NCBI GenBank assembly: GCA_902626605.1
Contig: CACOFZ010000002.1
Location: 89,586-153,585 of the forward strand
Source of the DNA: an uncultured PS1 clade bacterium
GTDB taxonomy: Bacteria; Pseudomonadota; Alphaproteobacteria; MED-G09
Reading direction: 5' to 3'
Length of the DNA: 64,000 bases
Positions 27,621 to 39,381 of the stretch are shown piece after piece; position 1 is the first letter of the stretch, and the number at the start of each line of letters is the position of its first letter. The notes under the pieces were generated by a model. It was not told the DNA's origin, made no database searches, and saw nothing but the letters and a program-made list of their open reading frames with translations. The translations under genes were made by a program, and so were the position numbers.

Positions 27621-28814
27621 TTAGTTGATCACATTATTTGAAACATTTTTCCAAACTCTTAAAAAGTTTTCAGACCAAATTTTTTTAACTTCATCTTTAG
27701 AATAACCTCTTAATAATAATGAATTTGTTATATTAAAAGTTTGAGATGCATTAGACCACCCCTCTATACCTCCTCCTCCACCAAAATCTGAAGAAATTCC
27801 AACATAATCAATACCTACTAAATCAACTATATGATCTATGTGATCAATAAAACTATCAATACCAGGTAATGGAAATTCTATATCAATTTTATCCATACCA
27901 TTTTTATACTCAATTAATTTCATATGCTTTTCTGGAATAAAATTATTATCGCCGGTCATGGTTAAGATTGAATCTCTTAAATTAATAATAGACTCTGTTC
28001 TTTTTTTATTAACTTTTACATAAGATGAAAAAGCTACAACCTGAACAACACCTCCTTTTTTTGCAATTTCTCTAATAATATTATCAGGAATATTCCTTGG
28101 GTGATTAGCTACTGATCTTGCCCCTGAATGAGAAGCGATTACAGGGTGATGTGATAATTTAATAACCTGCAAAGCCGATTTATCTGAAACATGACTGATA
28201 TCTATCATCATGCCTAATTCATTCATTTTCTTAACAGTAATTTTTCCAAAACTAGATAACCCCCCGTGCATTTCAATATCATTATTGAGAGATTTTTTTG
28301 GTATTGAGCTATCAGATATTTGATTATGTCCAATATGCGAGAGCGTCATATATCTAGCACCTAGATCATAATAATATTTTAATAATTCAATATCCTCACC
28401 TATTACATAGCCATTTTCAATACCTATTGCAGCAAATAATTTTTTATCTCTTTTTGCTTTATAAACTTCTTCAGGACTCTTCACTAGGACAATCTTTTTG
28501 GGATATTTTTCAACCATTTTATTTATGGCATTGAATTTTATAATGGCTTTTTCTTTTGCCTCCTGATAACCATTTTTATTTAATTCAGACTGGCCGACAT
28601 AAACAATAAAGAAACCTCCATCAAGATTACCTTCCAGCATTTTTTGAAAATCAACTTGCATTTCAGTATCATTTCCAGGGTCATGCTCTGGATTAATCAT
28701 AAAATCAAATGGAATATCAATATGTGAGTCTAAAGTTAAATATTCAGCACGTAATTGTAGTGAGCAAGAAATCAAAAAAATAATTACTAAATATCTAATA
28801 AAAAGAAACCCCAA
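27621..28814 (-). CDS. Membrane dipeptidase (peptidase family M19, renal-dipeptidase-like), secreted/lipoprotein
   Basis: 397 aa with signal peptide (lipobox-like LISCS). M19 motifs LDSHIDIPF, HVSDKS and VIASHSGARSV. Confidence 0.8.
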   Translation of the reverse strand: MGFLFIRYLVIIFLISCSLQLRAEYLTLDSHIDIPFDFMINPEHDPGNDTEMQVDFQKMLEGNLDGGFFIVYVGQSELNKNGYQEAKEKAIIKFNAINKMVEKYPKKIVLVKSPEEVYKAKRDKKLFAAIGIENGYVIGEDIELLKYYYDLGARYMTLSHIGHNQISDSSIPKKSLNNDIEMHGGLSSFGKITVKKMNELGMMIDISHVSDKSALQVIKLSHHPVIASHSGARSVANHPRNIPDNIIREIAKKGGVVQVVAFSSYVKVNKKRTESIINLRDSILTMTGDNNFIPEKHMKLIEYKNGMDKIDIEFPLPGIDSFIDHIDHIVDLVGIDYVGISSDFGGGGGIEGWSNASQTFNITNSLLLRGYSKDEVKKIWSENFLRVWKNVSNNVIN

Positions 28815-28825
28815 ATTTACTACTC

Positions 28826-30223
28826 CTATTTAATATTTTTACTAATAAAGTTTTTTATTTTCTTCAAATCAATTTCCATTTTTGAAAAATTTTCTGATTT
28901 ATTCATAATTTTTTTTAGCCTTTCTGGAATGTCAGGCCTGATATTAATACTATCCTCAACAGCAATAGGGAATTTTGAAGGATGTGCAGTACCAAGAGTA
29001 ACGATTGAGCCGCTGATATCATCCATCAACTTTGAAGCAGCGTAACCAACAGCACTGTGTGGATCAAGAATATAACCAGTTTTTTTATAAACATCTGCAA
29101 TGCATTCCTTTGTTTCTTTTTCAGAGATGCTTGTAGCTAAAAAGTCATTTTTAATGAAATTTAATGCATTTTTTTCTATTTTAAACTCTTTAGTTTCTTT
29201 GAGAGTATTCATTAGTTCTTCAATATTGGATGCATTCCTTTTGTAAGCCTCAAAAAGTAATCTTTCAAAATTACTTGAAATTTGAATATCCATACTGGGT
29301 GAAATTGTAGCCTTAGTTTTATCAATTGAATAAATACCAGTTTTTAATGCCCTAGAAAGAATATCATTTTCATTTGTTGCAATCATAAGACTCTTAATTG
29401 GGAGACCCATTTTTTTCGCAACCCATCCAGCTAAAATATCACCAAAATTTCCTGTTGGTACAGAATAAGAAACCGGTCCATTATTTAATAATTTAAAAGA
29501 TGTAAAATAGTAAACAATTTGTGCAGCTATTCTTCCCCAGTTGATTGAATTTATAGCCCCTAATTTTACCTCATTATTAAAGTTTTTATCTTTAAAGAGA
29601 TCTTTTACAATATTTTGACAGTCGTCAAAAGTACCATCAATTTCTATCGGAAATACACCTTGTCCATCAGTAGTAGTCATTTGTTTTCTTTGAACCTCAG
29701 ATACCCTTCCTTTTGGAAAGAAAATGAAAACATTTACATTTTGACTATTCTTGAATGCTTCAATAGCTGCACTTCCTGTATCACCAGAAGTTGCCCCAAT
29801 AATAGTTATTTTTTCATTTCTTTTTTTTAAAGAAAGATCAAATAATTCTGACAGCAAAAGCATTGCAAAATCTTTAAAAGCTAATGTTGGACCATGAAAT
29901 AATTCTAATATATATCTATTTTCTTCAAGCTTCACCAATGGTGCCATTTCTTCGACATCAAATGACCTATATGCATTTTCGGTTAATTTGATAAGGTCAT
30001 CATAACTAACAAAACTATCTAAAAAAGGATATAAAATTTCTGCTGCAATTTTATGATATTTGTCATTTTTAAGTTTGCTGTGATTTAAAATAGGCCACTC
30101 TTTAGGAACATAAAGACCACCATCAGGTGCTAAACCTGTTAGTAAAACATCTTCAAATTGAAGATTTTGAGATTTTCCTCTTGTAGAAATATATTTCATA
30201 GTTAGTAAATATATCGTATTCAT
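28826..30223 (-). CDS. thrC: Threonine synthase (long, eukaryote/alphaproteobacterial type)
   Basis: 465 aa with (M)KYISTRG N-terminus and the PLP-lysine region (FHGPTLAFKDFAM). True start possibly the ATG at 30199 (MKYISTRG). Confidence 0.85.
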   Translation of the reverse strand: MNTIYLLTMKYISTRGKSQNLQFEDVLLTGLAPDGGLYVPKEWPILNHSKLKNDKYHKIAAEILYPFLDSFVSYDDLIKLTENAYRSFDVEEMAPLVKLEENRYILELFHGPTLAFKDFAMLLLSELFDLSLKKRNEKITIIGATSGDTGSAAIEAFKNSQNVNVFIFFPKGRVSEVQRKQMTTTDGQGVFPIEIDGTFDDCQNIVKDLFKDKNFNNEVKLGAINSINWGRIAAQIVYYFTSFKLLNNGPVSYSVPTGNFGDILAGWVAKKMGLPIKSLMIATNENDILSRALKTGIYSIDKTKATISPSMDIQISSNFERLLFEAYKRNASNIEELMNTLKETKEFKIEKNALNFIKNDFLATSISEKETKECIADVYKKTGYILDPHSAVGYAASKLMDDISGSIVTLGTAHPSKFPIAVEDSINIRPDIPERLKKIMNKSENFSKMEIDLKKIKNFISKNIK

Positions 30224-30280
30224 ACCAAATGGAATATTTTATTATTAAAATCTTTAAACATTTTTTTAGGAATATTACTT

Positions 30281-31693
30281 ATGCAAAATATTTTTGAAGA
30301 TATCGATAAGAGTGATGTAGCATTATTAATTGAAAAAGGATTACGTGACTCAGATGAAGGTGAACTTTTTTTTGAGTCAACACCAAGTGAGTCATTTATT
30401 TTTGATGATGGTAGACTTAAAAATTCAAGTTTTGATATTAACGGTGGGTTTGGTATTAGAATGGTCTCAGGTGAAACCACCGGTTATGCAAATTCAACTA
30501 TTTTAAATAAAAAGTCTATTGAAAAAGCTCTTGAAACAGTCCAGGCAGCAAGAATAGGAAATAGTGTTATTGTTTCTGATAAAACAAAAAAAATAAAGAA
30601 TTTAAACAATCAATTATATTCAAATGAAAATCCATTAAATAGCATTTCTTTTAACGAAAAAGTAAAATTAGTTAAAAACATAGATTCTTTTCTAAGGTCT
30701 TATGACAATAGAGTTCAACAGGTTAGTGTCAGCTTATCAGGAAATTTTCAATCAATAACAATTTTTAAAAAGAACGGTGAAATCAATACTGACGAGAGAC
30801 CTTTAGTGAGATTAAATATATCTGTAATTGTTAACAATGGAAAACGGCAAGAGTCTGGATCTTATGGAACAGGTGGTAGATGGGATTACAAAAAATTAAT
30901 TTCGAAAGAATTTTATGAAAATGCATCAAAAAAGGCGCTTAAGCAGGCAATAACTAATCTAGACTCTATAGATACTCCCGCTGGAGAAATGACTGTGGTT
31001 TTGGGCTCAGGATGGCCTGGAGTTCTTCTACATGAAGCTATTGGACATGGTTTAGAAGGTGATTTTAATAGAAAAAAAACCTCAGCTTTTACGAATATGG
31101 TTGGTCAAAAGATTGCAGACGAACAAGTGACTGTTATTGATGATGGCAGTTTACCTGATAGGAGGGGATCATTAAATATAGATGATGAAGGAACCCCTAC
31201 CAGAGAAACTATACTAATTGAAGATGGTATTTTAAAAGGTTACTTACAGGATAAAATGAATGCTAGATTAATGAAACAGAATCCCACAGGAAATGGAAGA
31301 AGAGAGAGTTTCATGCATTTACCAATGCCGAGAATGACTAATACCTTCATGACAAATGGAGAATATGATCCTAACGAAATTATACAATCTGTAAAAAAAG
31401 GCTTATATATGGTCAACTTTGGTGGTGGGCAAGTTGATATAACATCAGGGAAATTTGTTTTCTCTTGTACTGAAGGTTATCAAATTAAGGACGGTAAAAT
31501 TGGCGCACCCATTAAAGGTGCAACCTTAATTGGAGATGGGCCTCAGGCGTTGAAGAAAATTAAAATGGTTGGGAATGATACGTGTCTTGATGATGGCATT
31601 GGAACCTGTGGAAAAGCTGGTCAAAGTGTACCTGTTGGAGTTGGTCAGCCAACACTTAGGCTTGATGAGATAACAGTAGGTGGAACTTCATAA
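30281..31693 (+). CDS. tldD: Metalloprotease TldD
   Basis: 470 aa with HEAIGHGLEGDF zinc motif and conserved TldD/PmbA C-terminal region. Confidence 0.85.
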   Translation: MQNIFEDIDKSDVALLIEKGLRDSDEGELFFESTPSESFIFDDGRLKNSSFDINGGFGIRMVSGETTGYANSTILNKKSIEKALETVQAARIGNSVIVSDKTKKIKNLNNQLYSNENPLNSISFNEKVKLVKNIDSFLRSYDNRVQQVSVSLSGNFQSITIFKKNGEINTDERPLVRLNISVIVNNGKRQESGSYGTGGRWDYKKLISKEFYENASKKALKQAITNLDSIDTPAGEMTVVLGSGWPGVLLHEAIGHGLEGDFNRKKTSAFTNMVGQKIADEQVTVIDDGSLPDRRGSLNIDDEGTPTRETILIEDGILKGYLQDKMNARLMKQNPTGNGRRESFMHLPMPRMTNTFMTNGEYDPNEIIQSVKKGLYMVNFGGGQVDITSGKFVFSCTEGYQIKDGKIGAPIKGATLIGDGPQALKKIKMVGNDTCLDDGIGTCGKAGQSVPVGVGQPTLRLDEITVGGTS

Positions 31694-32578
31694 ATGAGCT
31701 CTTTTGCAAATTTTTCTTTTGAATACGGTACTAGTGACCAAATAACTCCTCTAGTAAAAAGATTAATAGCAAAAAATCCTGGACCTTTTACTTATACGGG
31801 AACTGGAACATTTATTGTTGGAACAAAAGAATTAGCTGTAATAGATCCTGGACCAATTGATGATGATCATCTTAAAGCAATAATAGAAACATCAGGAAAG
31901 AATAAAATTTCACATATAATTGTTACACACACTCATAATGATCACTCCCCTTTGTCAAAACCTCTTCAAGAAATTACAGGTGCACCTATATATTCTTATT
32001 TTAATGAAGCAATGGATACCAAGACAAATAATCAATTTGAAGAGGGTTATGATAATTCTTTTAAACCTGATGTAATAGTAAAAGATGGAGATCTAATTAA
32101 AGGTTTTGATTGGACTTTAGAAGCAATTCATACACCAGGACATACCTCCAACCATATGTGTTATTCCTTACTGGAGGAAAAAATTCTTTTCTCTGGAGAT
32201 CATGTAATGGGTTGGTCAACAACGGTAATTGTTCCTCCTGATGGCGATATGGATGAATACTTAAAATCTCTTAAAAAACTATTAGATAGAAATGATAATA
32301 TCTATTTACCTACTCACGGTACTCAAATTGATAATCCTCATGACCTAGTAAATAGATATATTGAACATAGAATAAATAGAGAAGAACAAATAATTCAGGC
32401 GATTAAGTCAGGTAATTTAAAAATAAACGAAATGGTTAAAATTATTTATTCTGATGTCGACCCTGGACTTCACCCTGCTGCATCAATGTCAACATTAGCT
32501 CATTTAAATAGGATGGTAAAAAATAATATTATTAAGGTCGATGGTAAAGGTTTAAAGGCAGATTACAATATAATTTAG
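31694..32578 (+). CDS. MBL-fold metallo-hydrolase
   Basis: 294 aa with THTHNDHSP (HxHxDH) and downstream His/Asp ligands. Abuts the tldD stop by 1 nt. Confidence 0.7.
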   Translation: MSSFANFSFEYGTSDQITPLVKRLIAKNPGPFTYTGTGTFIVGTKELAVIDPGPIDDDHLKAIIETSGKNKISHIIVTHTHNDHSPLSKPLQEITGAPIYSYFNEAMDTKTNNQFEEGYDNSFKPDVIVKDGDLIKGFDWTLEAIHTPGHTSNHMCYSLLEEKILFSGDHVMGWSTTVIVPPDGDMDEYLKSLKKLLDRNDNIYLPTHGTQIDNPHDLVNRYIEHRINREEQIIQAIKSGNLKINEMVKIIYSDVDPGLHPAASMSTLAHLNRMVKNNIIKVDGKGLKADYNII

Positions 32579-33177
32579 GGGTATAAAAAAGACTTAACCC
32601 ATTTTCTCTTTTTTATTTTAAACAATACTCTTTCGTGCAACCTATATGGTTTATTGTGCCAAAACTCAATCTCAACAGGTTTGATTATAAAGCCGCCCCA
32701 ATGAGGAGGCCGAGGAATATCAATATTTTTATATTTTTTAGAAATTAAATTAAATCTTTTTTCAAGTTCTTTTCTATTCTTTAACGGCTTAGATTGAAGA
32801 GATGCCCAAGCTCCAATTTTTGATTTTCTATCTCTTGAAGAAAAATAAGTATCAGAATCTTTTCCAGAAATTTTTCTAACTTTACCACGAATTCTTACTT
32901 GCCTCTCAATAGATTTCCAATAAAAGCAGGCTGCAATATTTACGTTTGATTCGATTTCCATTCCCTTTGAACTGTTTGAATTTGTATAAAAAGTAAGACC
33001 ATCTTCATTAAAACTTTTCATCAATACAATTCTTACATTAGGTTGTCCTTTAGAATTAACAGTTGATAGAGAGATTGCATTAGGATCAGAAATCTCCTTT
33101 TTTGAAGCTAAGTCAAACCATTTATTAAATAAAATATAAGGATTCCTCTCTTTAATTTTTGATAATCCAATTTTCAT
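32575..33177 (-). CDS. pdxH: Pyridoxamine 5'-phosphate oxidase
   Basis: 200 aa with FMN-binding split barrel and C-terminal PPHWGGFIIKPVEIEFW...R(L)HER signature. Confidence 0.85.
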   Translation of the reverse strand: MKIGLSKIKERNPYILFNKWFDLASKKEISDPNAISLSTVNSKGQPNVRIVLMKSFNEDGLTFYTNSNSSKGMEIESNVNIAACFYWKSIERQVRIRGKVRKISGKDSDTYFSSRDRKSKIGAWASLQSKPLKNRKELEKRFNLISKKYKNIDIPRPPHWGGFIIKPVEIEFWHNKPYRLHERVLFKIKKRKWVKSFLYP

Positions 33178-33302
33178 AGTTTTAACCTTTTATTAATTAT
33201 ATTTTTAATTATACAATTCTGAATTAAGACTGTATTCCTTAAATTTGATTTTTTTATAAAAAATTACTAACAATATTAATATATATTTATTCAAAAGAAA
33301 AA

Positions 33303-34115
33303 ATGGAAATTAAAACAAATATCTTATCAGGAAAAAAAGGTCTTATTATGGGCGTTGCCAATAACAGATCAATCGCGTGGGGAATAGCAAAGGCGTGCGC
33401 AAATAGTGGAGCAGAGTTAGCTTTTACTTATCAAGGAGATGCTATAAAAAAAAGAGTTACTCCTCTTGCAGAAGAATTAAATTCTTCAAATGTTTTTGAG
33501 TGCGATGTCTCAAATAAAGATAGTATCGATAGAACATTTGAGTCTCTTGGTTCGCTTTGGGGAGATCTAGATTTTGTTGTACATGCAATAGGTTTTTCTG
33601 ATAAAAATGAATTAGACGGTAGATATTTAGATACATCTGAAGAAAACTTTTTACAAACATTAAATATTTCTTGTTTTTCTTTTACTGCTATTGCTCAGAG
33701 AGCAGAAAAACTTATGAAAAACGGTGGTTCGCTTCTTACCTTAACTTATTATGGAGCTGAAAAGGTTATGCCACATTATAATGTTATGGGAATTGCTAAA
33801 GCTGGCTTAGAAACAAGTGTAAAATATCTCGCAAAAGATCTAGGTTCTCAAAATATAAGAGTTAATGCAATTTCAGCAGGGCCTATAAAAACATTAGCAG
33901 CATCAGGAATTGGTGATTTTAGATATATTTTAAAATGGAATGAGTATAATTCCCCATTAAAAAGAACTGTATCAATTGATGAAGTTGGAAATTCTGCATT
34001 ATATCTCTTATCTGATTTATCATCTGGGGTGACTGGTGAAATACATCACGTTGACTCTGGTTATAACGTTATTGGAATGAAGTCTGAGGATGCTCCAGAC
34101 ATATCAACTGTTTAG
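33303..34115 (+). CDS. fabI: Enoyl-[acyl-carrier-protein] reductase (NADH) FabI
   Basis: 270 aa with GKKGLIMGVANNRSIAWGIA N-terminus and YxxxxxxK catalytic pair (YNVMGIAKA). Confidence 0.9.
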   Translation: MEIKTNILSGKKGLIMGVANNRSIAWGIAKACANSGAELAFTYQGDAIKKRVTPLAEELNSSNVFECDVSNKDSIDRTFESLGSLWGDLDFVVHAIGFSDKNELDGRYLDTSEENFLQTLNISCFSFTAIAQRAEKLMKNGGSLLTLTYYGAEKVMPHYNVMGIAKAGLETSVKYLAKDLGSQNIRVNAISAGPIKTLAASGIGDFRYILKWNEYNSPLKRTVSIDEVGNSALYLLSDLSSGVTGEIHHVDSGYNVIGMKSEDAPDISTV

Positions 34116-34126
34116 GATAAAAAAAT

Positions 34127-35206
34127 ATGTCACATAATATATTTGGTCACCTTTTTAGATTTACGACATGGGGTGAGTCTCATGGACCTTCAATTGGCTG
34201 TGTTATAGATGGGACTCCACCTAGAATTGAACTTAGTGAAAATGATATTCAAAAGTTTTTAGACAGAAGAAAACCAGGCCAAAGTAAATTTACAAGTCCA
34301 AGAAAAGAAACCGATGAAGTTAAAATACTATCAGGAGTAATTGAAGAGGATGGAAAAAAATTAACTACTGGAACACCAATTTCTCTAATAATTGAAAATA
34401 TTGACCAAAGATCAAAAGATTACTCAGAAATTGAAGAAAAGTTTAGACCTGGCCATGCGGATTATACATATTTTTCAAAATACGGAATAAGAGATGTTAG
34501 GGGTGGTGGAAGACAATCGGCAAGAGAGACTGCTATGCGAGTTGCAGCTGGAGCAATAGCTAGAAAAATACTTCCAGAAGTTGAAATTAAAGGTGCTCTT
34601 GTTCAACTAGGTGAACATAAAATTAATAGAGAAAACTGGGATGATAGTTTTATTGAGAAAAATGCATTCTGGTCTCCCGATCCAAGCTCAATTGATCTAT
34701 GGGAAAAATATATTGAAGACCTTATAAAAGATGGAGACAGTTGCGGAGCTATAATTGAAATTACAGCAAGAAATGTTCCTATTGGATTAGGTGCTCCAAT
34801 ATACGGAAAACTCGATGCTGAAATAGCAAATGGTATAATGAGTATAAATGCTGTTAAAGGTGTAGAAATTGGAAATGGCTTTGAAGCAGCTACGATCAAA
34901 GGAAGTGAAAACTCTGATCAAATGTTTATGAAGGATGATAAGCCTTCATTTGAAACAAATAATTCCGGAGGTATACTCGGTGGAATTTCATCTGGTCAAG
35001 ATATAGTTATACGATTTGCAATTAAGCCTACTTCATCAATAAGAAGTAATCAAAAAACAGTTAATAAATCTGGAAAGAATACTGAAATTTCTACTAAAGG
35101 AAGACATGATCCATGTGTAGGTATTAGAGCTGTTCCAGTTGGTGAAGCAATGATTGCATGTGTTTTAGCTGATCATTTTTTAAGGGACAAGGCACAAAAT
35201 AGATAA
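34127..35206 (+). CDS. aroC: Chorismate synthase
   Basis: 359 aa with G(E)SHG, GRHDPC and [15 protein letters not shown] signatures. Confidence 0.92.
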   Translation: MSHNIFGHLFRFTTWGESHGPSIGCVIDGTPPRIELSENDIQKFLDRRKPGQSKFTSPRKETDEVKILSGVIEEDGKKLTTGTPISLIIENIDQRSKDYSEIEEKFRPGHADYTYFSKYGIRDVRGGGRQSARETAMRVAAGAIARKILPEVEIKGALVQLGEHKINRENWDDSFIEKNAFWSPDPSSIDLWEKYIEDLIKDGDSCGAIIEITARNVPIGLGAPIYGKLDAEIANGIMSINAVKGVEIGNGFEAATIKGSENSDQMFMKDDKPSFETNNSGGILGGISSGQDIVIRFAIKPTSSIRSNQKTVNKSGKNTEISTKGRHDPCVGIRAVPVGEAMIACVLADHFLRDKAQNR

Positions 35207-35208
35207 AA

Positions 35209-37134
35209 TTATTTTTGTGGATCTACAATCTTCAGATCTGGAGACTTAATATTCATAGTATCCAAAACTTTTTCTACTATTTTATCTCTAACTAATTCAG
35301 TTTCATTATACATTTCTTCAGGCGTAGCATGAGAAATAAATCTATCTGGAAAAGTCAATGTTCTTACCTTAATGCCATCATCTAATTTTGAACTATTTGC
35401 TAATAAATTTAATACAGATGAACCAAAACCACCTGATGAACCTTCCTCAATAGTCAAAATTACTTCATGATTTTCAGACAACTTGATAATCATACTCTTA
35501 TCAAGTGGTTTAGCAAAACGAGCATCAACTACAGTAGTGGATAAACCATATGTTTCTAAGATTTCAGAAGCTTTTTTAACTTCCGAAAGTCTGGTTCCTA
35601 AATTTAAAACAGCTATCTTACTTCCCTCTGAAATTATTCTTGCTTTACCAATTTCTAAAGGATCATAATTTTCTGGTACAATTAAACCTTCTCCTGCGCC
35701 TCTAGGGTATCTAAAAGAAATAGGACCCTCATTATATATTGATGCTGTCTTAACCATCCTTGCTAGCTCTATTTCATCTGAAGCGGCCATTATAGTAAAA
35801 TTTGGTAATGTTGAGAGAAATGTAATATCGAAACTACCGGCATGAGTAGGACCATCTGCTCCAACAAGACCAGCTCTATCAATCGCGAATTTCACTGGTA
35901 AATTTTGAATTGCTACGTCATGTACTATTTGATCGTATGATCTTTGTAAAAATGTCGAATATATTGCTACAAATGGATTCATACCTTCAATAGCAAGACC
36001 TGCGGCGAAAGTAACTGCATGTTGCTCAGCAATGCCTACATCAAAAAATCTTTCAGGGAATTTTTCTTGGAAGAAATTTAATCCTGTTCCTGAGGGCATT
36101 GCAGCAGTAATTGCGACAATATTTTTGTCTTTTTTTGCTTCTTTAATTAGAGCATTAGAAAAAATATTTGTGAAAGAAATATTATTACTTTTTGATTTTT
36201 GTTGCTCGCCTGTTGTTATATTAAATTTTGAAACACCATGAAATTTTTCGTTTGAGTTTTCAGCGGGTAAATATCCCTTACCCTTTTTTGTAACTACATG
36301 AATCAAAATTGGACCTTGATCCGTATCTTTTATGTTCCTTAAAATAGGTAATAAATGGTCTAAGTTATGACCATCTATGGGGCCTACATAATAAAAACCT
36401 AAAGCTTCAAATAATGTGCCTTCACCAGAAATAGTTCTTGATACTTCATCAGCTTTTTTTGCACTTTTCTCAATAGATTTTGGAAGTTTTTCAACAATTT
36501 GCTTTGCAAAATTCCTAAAGCCTAAATATTTTTCTCCTGAAATTAGTTTAGCTAAATACGCTCTCATTGCTCCGGTGGGTGGTGCTATAGACATATCATT
36601 ATCATTAAGAATTACTATTAAACGAGATTTTAATGCTCCTGCATTATTCATTGCCTCATAAGCTTGACCAGCACTTATCGCTCCATCTCCAACAACACAT
36701 ATGATGTTATTGTTATCATTTTTTAGATCCCGAGCTATAGACATTCCTAAGCCTGATGATATTGAGGTTGAGCTGTGGCCTGCGCCAAAAGCATCAAATT
36801 TACTTTCATCTATTTTTGCAAAGCCAGATAGACCATCCTTTTGCCTTAAAGTACTCATTTTATGTCGTCTGCCAGTCAATATTTTGTGAGGATAACTTTG
36901 ATGACCAACATCCCAAATAATTTTATCTTTTGGAGCTTCGAAAATACTATGAAGAGCAACAGTTAATTCTACTACACCAAGACCTGCGCCTAAATGTCCG
37001 CCTGTTTTTGAAACAGAGTGAATTGTTTCCTGCCTCAATTCATTAGCAAGGTCTTTTAATTCAATATCTGATAAGTTTTTTAAATCATCAGGAGAATTAA
37101 TATTATCTAACAAAGGTGTTTTTTTTATATTCAT
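35209..37134 (-). CDS. dxs: 1-deoxy-D-xylulose-5-phosphate synthase
   Basis: 641 aa with TPP-binding [18 protein letters not shown] and transketolase-like domains. Conserved xseB-ispA-dxs order. Confidence 0.95.
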   Translation of the reverse strand: MNIKKTPLLDNINSPDDLKNLSDIELKDLANELRQETIHSVSKTGGHLGAGLGVVELTVALHSIFEAPKDKIIWDVGHQSYPHKILTGRRHKMSTLRQKDGLSGFAKIDESKFDAFGAGHSSTSISSGLGMSIARDLKNDNNNIICVVGDGAISAGQAYEAMNNAGALKSRLIVILNDNDMSIAPPTGAMRAYLAKLISGEKYLGFRNFAKQIVEKLPKSIEKSAKKADEVSRTISGEGTLFEALGFYYVGPIDGHNLDHLLPILRNIKDTDQGPILIHVVTKKGKGYLPAENSNEKFHGVSKFNITTGEQQKSKSNNISFTNIFSNALIKEAKKDKNIVAITAAMPSGTGLNFFQEKFPERFFDVGIAEQHAVTFAAGLAIEGMNPFVAIYSTFLQRSYDQIVHDVAIQNLPVKFAIDRAGLVGADGPTHAGSFDITFLSTLPNFTIMAASDEIELARMVKTASIYNEGPISFRYPRGAGEGLIVPENYDPLEIGKARIISEGSKIAVLNLGTRLSEVKKASEILETYGLSTTVVDARFAKPLDKSMIIKLSENHEVILTIEEGSSGGFGSSVLNLLANSSKLDDGIKVRTLTFPDRFISHATPEEMYNETELVRDKIVEKVLDTMNIKSPDLKIVDPQK

Positions 37135-37144
37135 AAAATTTTTA

Positions 37145-38035
37145 TTAAAATTCTCTTTCTCTTACAAAGTTTACAAGTCCTAATAAAGTATCAGGTATTG
37201 GGCCAAATATCTTTAGAGAAGAAATAGATAAATCGCAATATTTTTTAATTTCTCCTTTTGAATTATCAATATCAAAAAAATTTAAAAAAGTTTTTTTATT
37301 ATTTTTTAAATCACTTCCAACTCTTTTTCCAGTAACTTTCTCATCGCCAATAACATCTAAAATATCATCAGAAATCTGGAAAGCTATACCTAAGTTATTG
37401 CCAAAGTTTTTTAATGCATTAATTTTTTTTTGTTCAGCACCACTAACAATACCGCCTACTTGGCAAGAAAAACTGATTAAATTTGCGGTTTTTAATTTAT
37501 ACATCTCTAAAAGCTTATCTAAACTTAAATCCTTTTGATTAACGTCAATATCTATTGCTTGACCGCCAACCATTCCATATTGACCAACATATTGTGCAAA
37601 AGAGTTAATTAAATTGATTTGATCTATTTTTTTTATTTTCTTATAGCTTTCAGATAAAATCTCAAATGATAAAGTTTGAAGTGCGTCACCGACTAGGATA
37701 GCTATTGCTTCATCAAAATATTTATGTGTTGATGGTTTACCTCTTCTTAAATCATCATTATCCATAGATGGTAAGTCATCATGAACAAGAGAATAAACAT
37801 GAAGTAATTCAATTGCTGCTGCTATTTGCAAAATTTCATCTTCATCTGTATCAAAAAACTTTGAACATTCAGCTACTAAAAAAGGTCTTATTCTTTTGCC
37901 GCCACCTAAAACAGAGTAACGCATAGCATCATTCAAATTTTTATTATTACTTATTTTTTTTTCTAAAATTTTTGATAATACGTCTTCTATTTTTAACGAA
38001 GAATCTCTTAGAGATTTCTGAAAAATTTCACTCAT
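37145..38035 (-). CDS. ispA: (2E,6E)-farnesyl diphosphate synthase
   Basis: 296 aa with first and second Asp-rich motifs ([17 protein letters not shown] and FQISDDILD). Confidence 0.9.
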   Translation of the reverse strand: MSEIFQKSLRDSSLKIEDVLSKILEKKISNNKNLNDAMRYSVLGGGKRIRPFLVAECSKFFDTDEDEILQIAAAIELLHVYSLVHDDLPSMDNDDLRRGKPSTHKYFDEAIAILVGDALQTLSFEILSESYKKIKKIDQINLINSFAQYVGQYGMVGGQAIDIDVNQKDLSLDKLLEMYKLKTANLISFSCQVGGIVSGAEQKKINALKNFGNNLGIAFQISDDILDVIGDEKVTGKRVGSDLKNNKKTFLNFFDIDNSKGEIKKYCDLSISSLKIFGPIPDTLLGLVNFVREREF

Positions 38036-38039
38036 TAAA

Positions 38040-38294
38040 CTATATTTCGTCTAATGGTTCAGAGCTAAAATCACCATCAGGGTGAGAAATGATTTTGTCG
38101 ATCTTCATCTGTGCAGTTTTAAGTTTATCTTCACAATGTGCTTTTAAAATTACTCCTTTTTCGTAAATAGATATTGAATCCTCCAATTCTATATCACCTC
38201 TTTCTAAATTTTCTACGATTTGTTCAAGCTCGGATAAAGCTTCTTCAAAGGACAATTTTTTAATTTCATCAGTTATTTTTAATTTTTTATTCAT
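38040..38294 (-). CDS. xseB: Exodeoxyribonuclease VII small subunit
   Basis: 84 aa with LSFEEALSELEQIVENLERGDIELEDSISIYEKG matching the XseB helical hairpin. Confidence 0.85.
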   Translation of the reverse strand: MNKKLKITDEIKKLSFEEALSELEQIVENLERGDIELEDSISIYEKGVILKAHCEDKLKTAQMKIDKIISHPDGDFSSEPLDEI

Positions 38295-38316
38295 GATTAA
38301 TTTCTCTTATAAGACT

Positions 38317-39381
38317 TTATAAGACTTTTTTATAATATATAACACCATTTTTATCTTTGTCTGCACTTATTAAATTCCTCAATAATAAACAATTTAAATG
38401 TGCAATACTCTCTCCTGTAGCCATAAGCAATACATCATCAGATATAGTTCTTTTAAATAAAACAGAAAAAACATCTATTGCTCTTTTTGGTTCCTTACAT
38501 AAATCTAATAGCCTTTCTAAATTTCTTTCATGTCCACTTATAAGATTATCTAATCTCTCATGAAGACCTCTAAAAGGCTCATTGTGAGATGGCAAAATTA
38601 AAACATCATTAGGAACTCGTTCTTTAATGTAATGGCAACTATCTAGCCAATCCTCTAAAGGATTTGACAATGGTTCAGTTGGGAAAACACTTACATTTGA
38701 TGAGATTTTAGGTAATACTTGATCACCTGAAATTAAGAGCTTTAAATCTTTACTATATAAACAAACATGTTCTGGGCAATGACCGCTCCCGACAACTACT
38801 TCCCAAGAATATTTTCCTATTTTAATAACTTCTTTATCTCTTAATCTTCTGTAATTATCTGGTAATTTGGAAACAGCTCTTCCAAAACCTCCAAATCTTT
38901 CAGCATAAGAGTCAAGTTGAACTTTAGTAAATCCAGCACCTCTATATAAATCCATACCTTCCTCCGGAGCTTCTCTACCTGTATCACTAACTAGCACCCT
39001 ACACATAAGGTACTCTGATCTGGACATATAAAGTGGAGCAGAAAATTTTCTTGAAATCCATCCTGCCAAACCAACATGGTCAGGGTGAAGATGCGTGACA
39101 ATAACTCTATTAACTCTTTTAGATTTCATATCTTCATTAAAACATTTTCTCCAATTTGATTTTATTTCAGCAGAAGCAACACCAGTATCAACAATAACCC
39201 ATTCATCACCATCCTCGAGAACCCAAAGATTAATATGGTTGAGAGCAAAAGGTAGGCTCATTCTTACCCAAAAAATACCATCAGCTATTTTTAGCATTTT
39301 TCCTGGCTCTGGTATTTGATTAAAAGGGTAAATTAAATTATGAGCCCCCTTATTGTTAATTCTTTCTTTTAATTTTTCCAT
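38317..39381 (-). CDS. MBL-fold metallo-hydrolase
   Basis: 354 aa with VTHLHPDHVG (HxHxDH), downstream His ligands and a C-terminal helical extension. Confidence 0.7.
   Translation of the reverse strand: MEKLKERINNKGAHNLIYPFNQIPEPGKMLKIADGIFWVRMSLPFALNHINLWVLEDGDEWVIVDTGVASAEIKSNWRKCFNEDMKSKRVNRVIVTHLHPDHVGLAGWISRKFSAPLYMSRSEYLMCRVLVSDTGREAPEEGMDLYRGAGFTKVQLDSYAERFGGFGRAVSKLPDNYRRLRDKEVIKIGKYSWEVVVGSGHCPEHVCLYSKDLKLLISGDQVLPKISSNVSVFPTEPLSNPLEDWLDSCHYIKERVPNDVLILPSHNEPFRGLHERLDNLISGHERNLERLLDLCKEPKRAIDVFSVLFKRTISDDVLLMATGESIAHLNCLLLRNLISADKDKNGVIYYKKVL

Noticed and set aside
33178-33302. Candidate FabT/FapR-type operator in the pdxH/fabI divergent region (gaattaagactgtattccttaaatt)
   Set aside because: Arms are not truly complementary (GAATTAAG against CCTTAAATT), and the sequence does not match known fatty-acid regulator sites.
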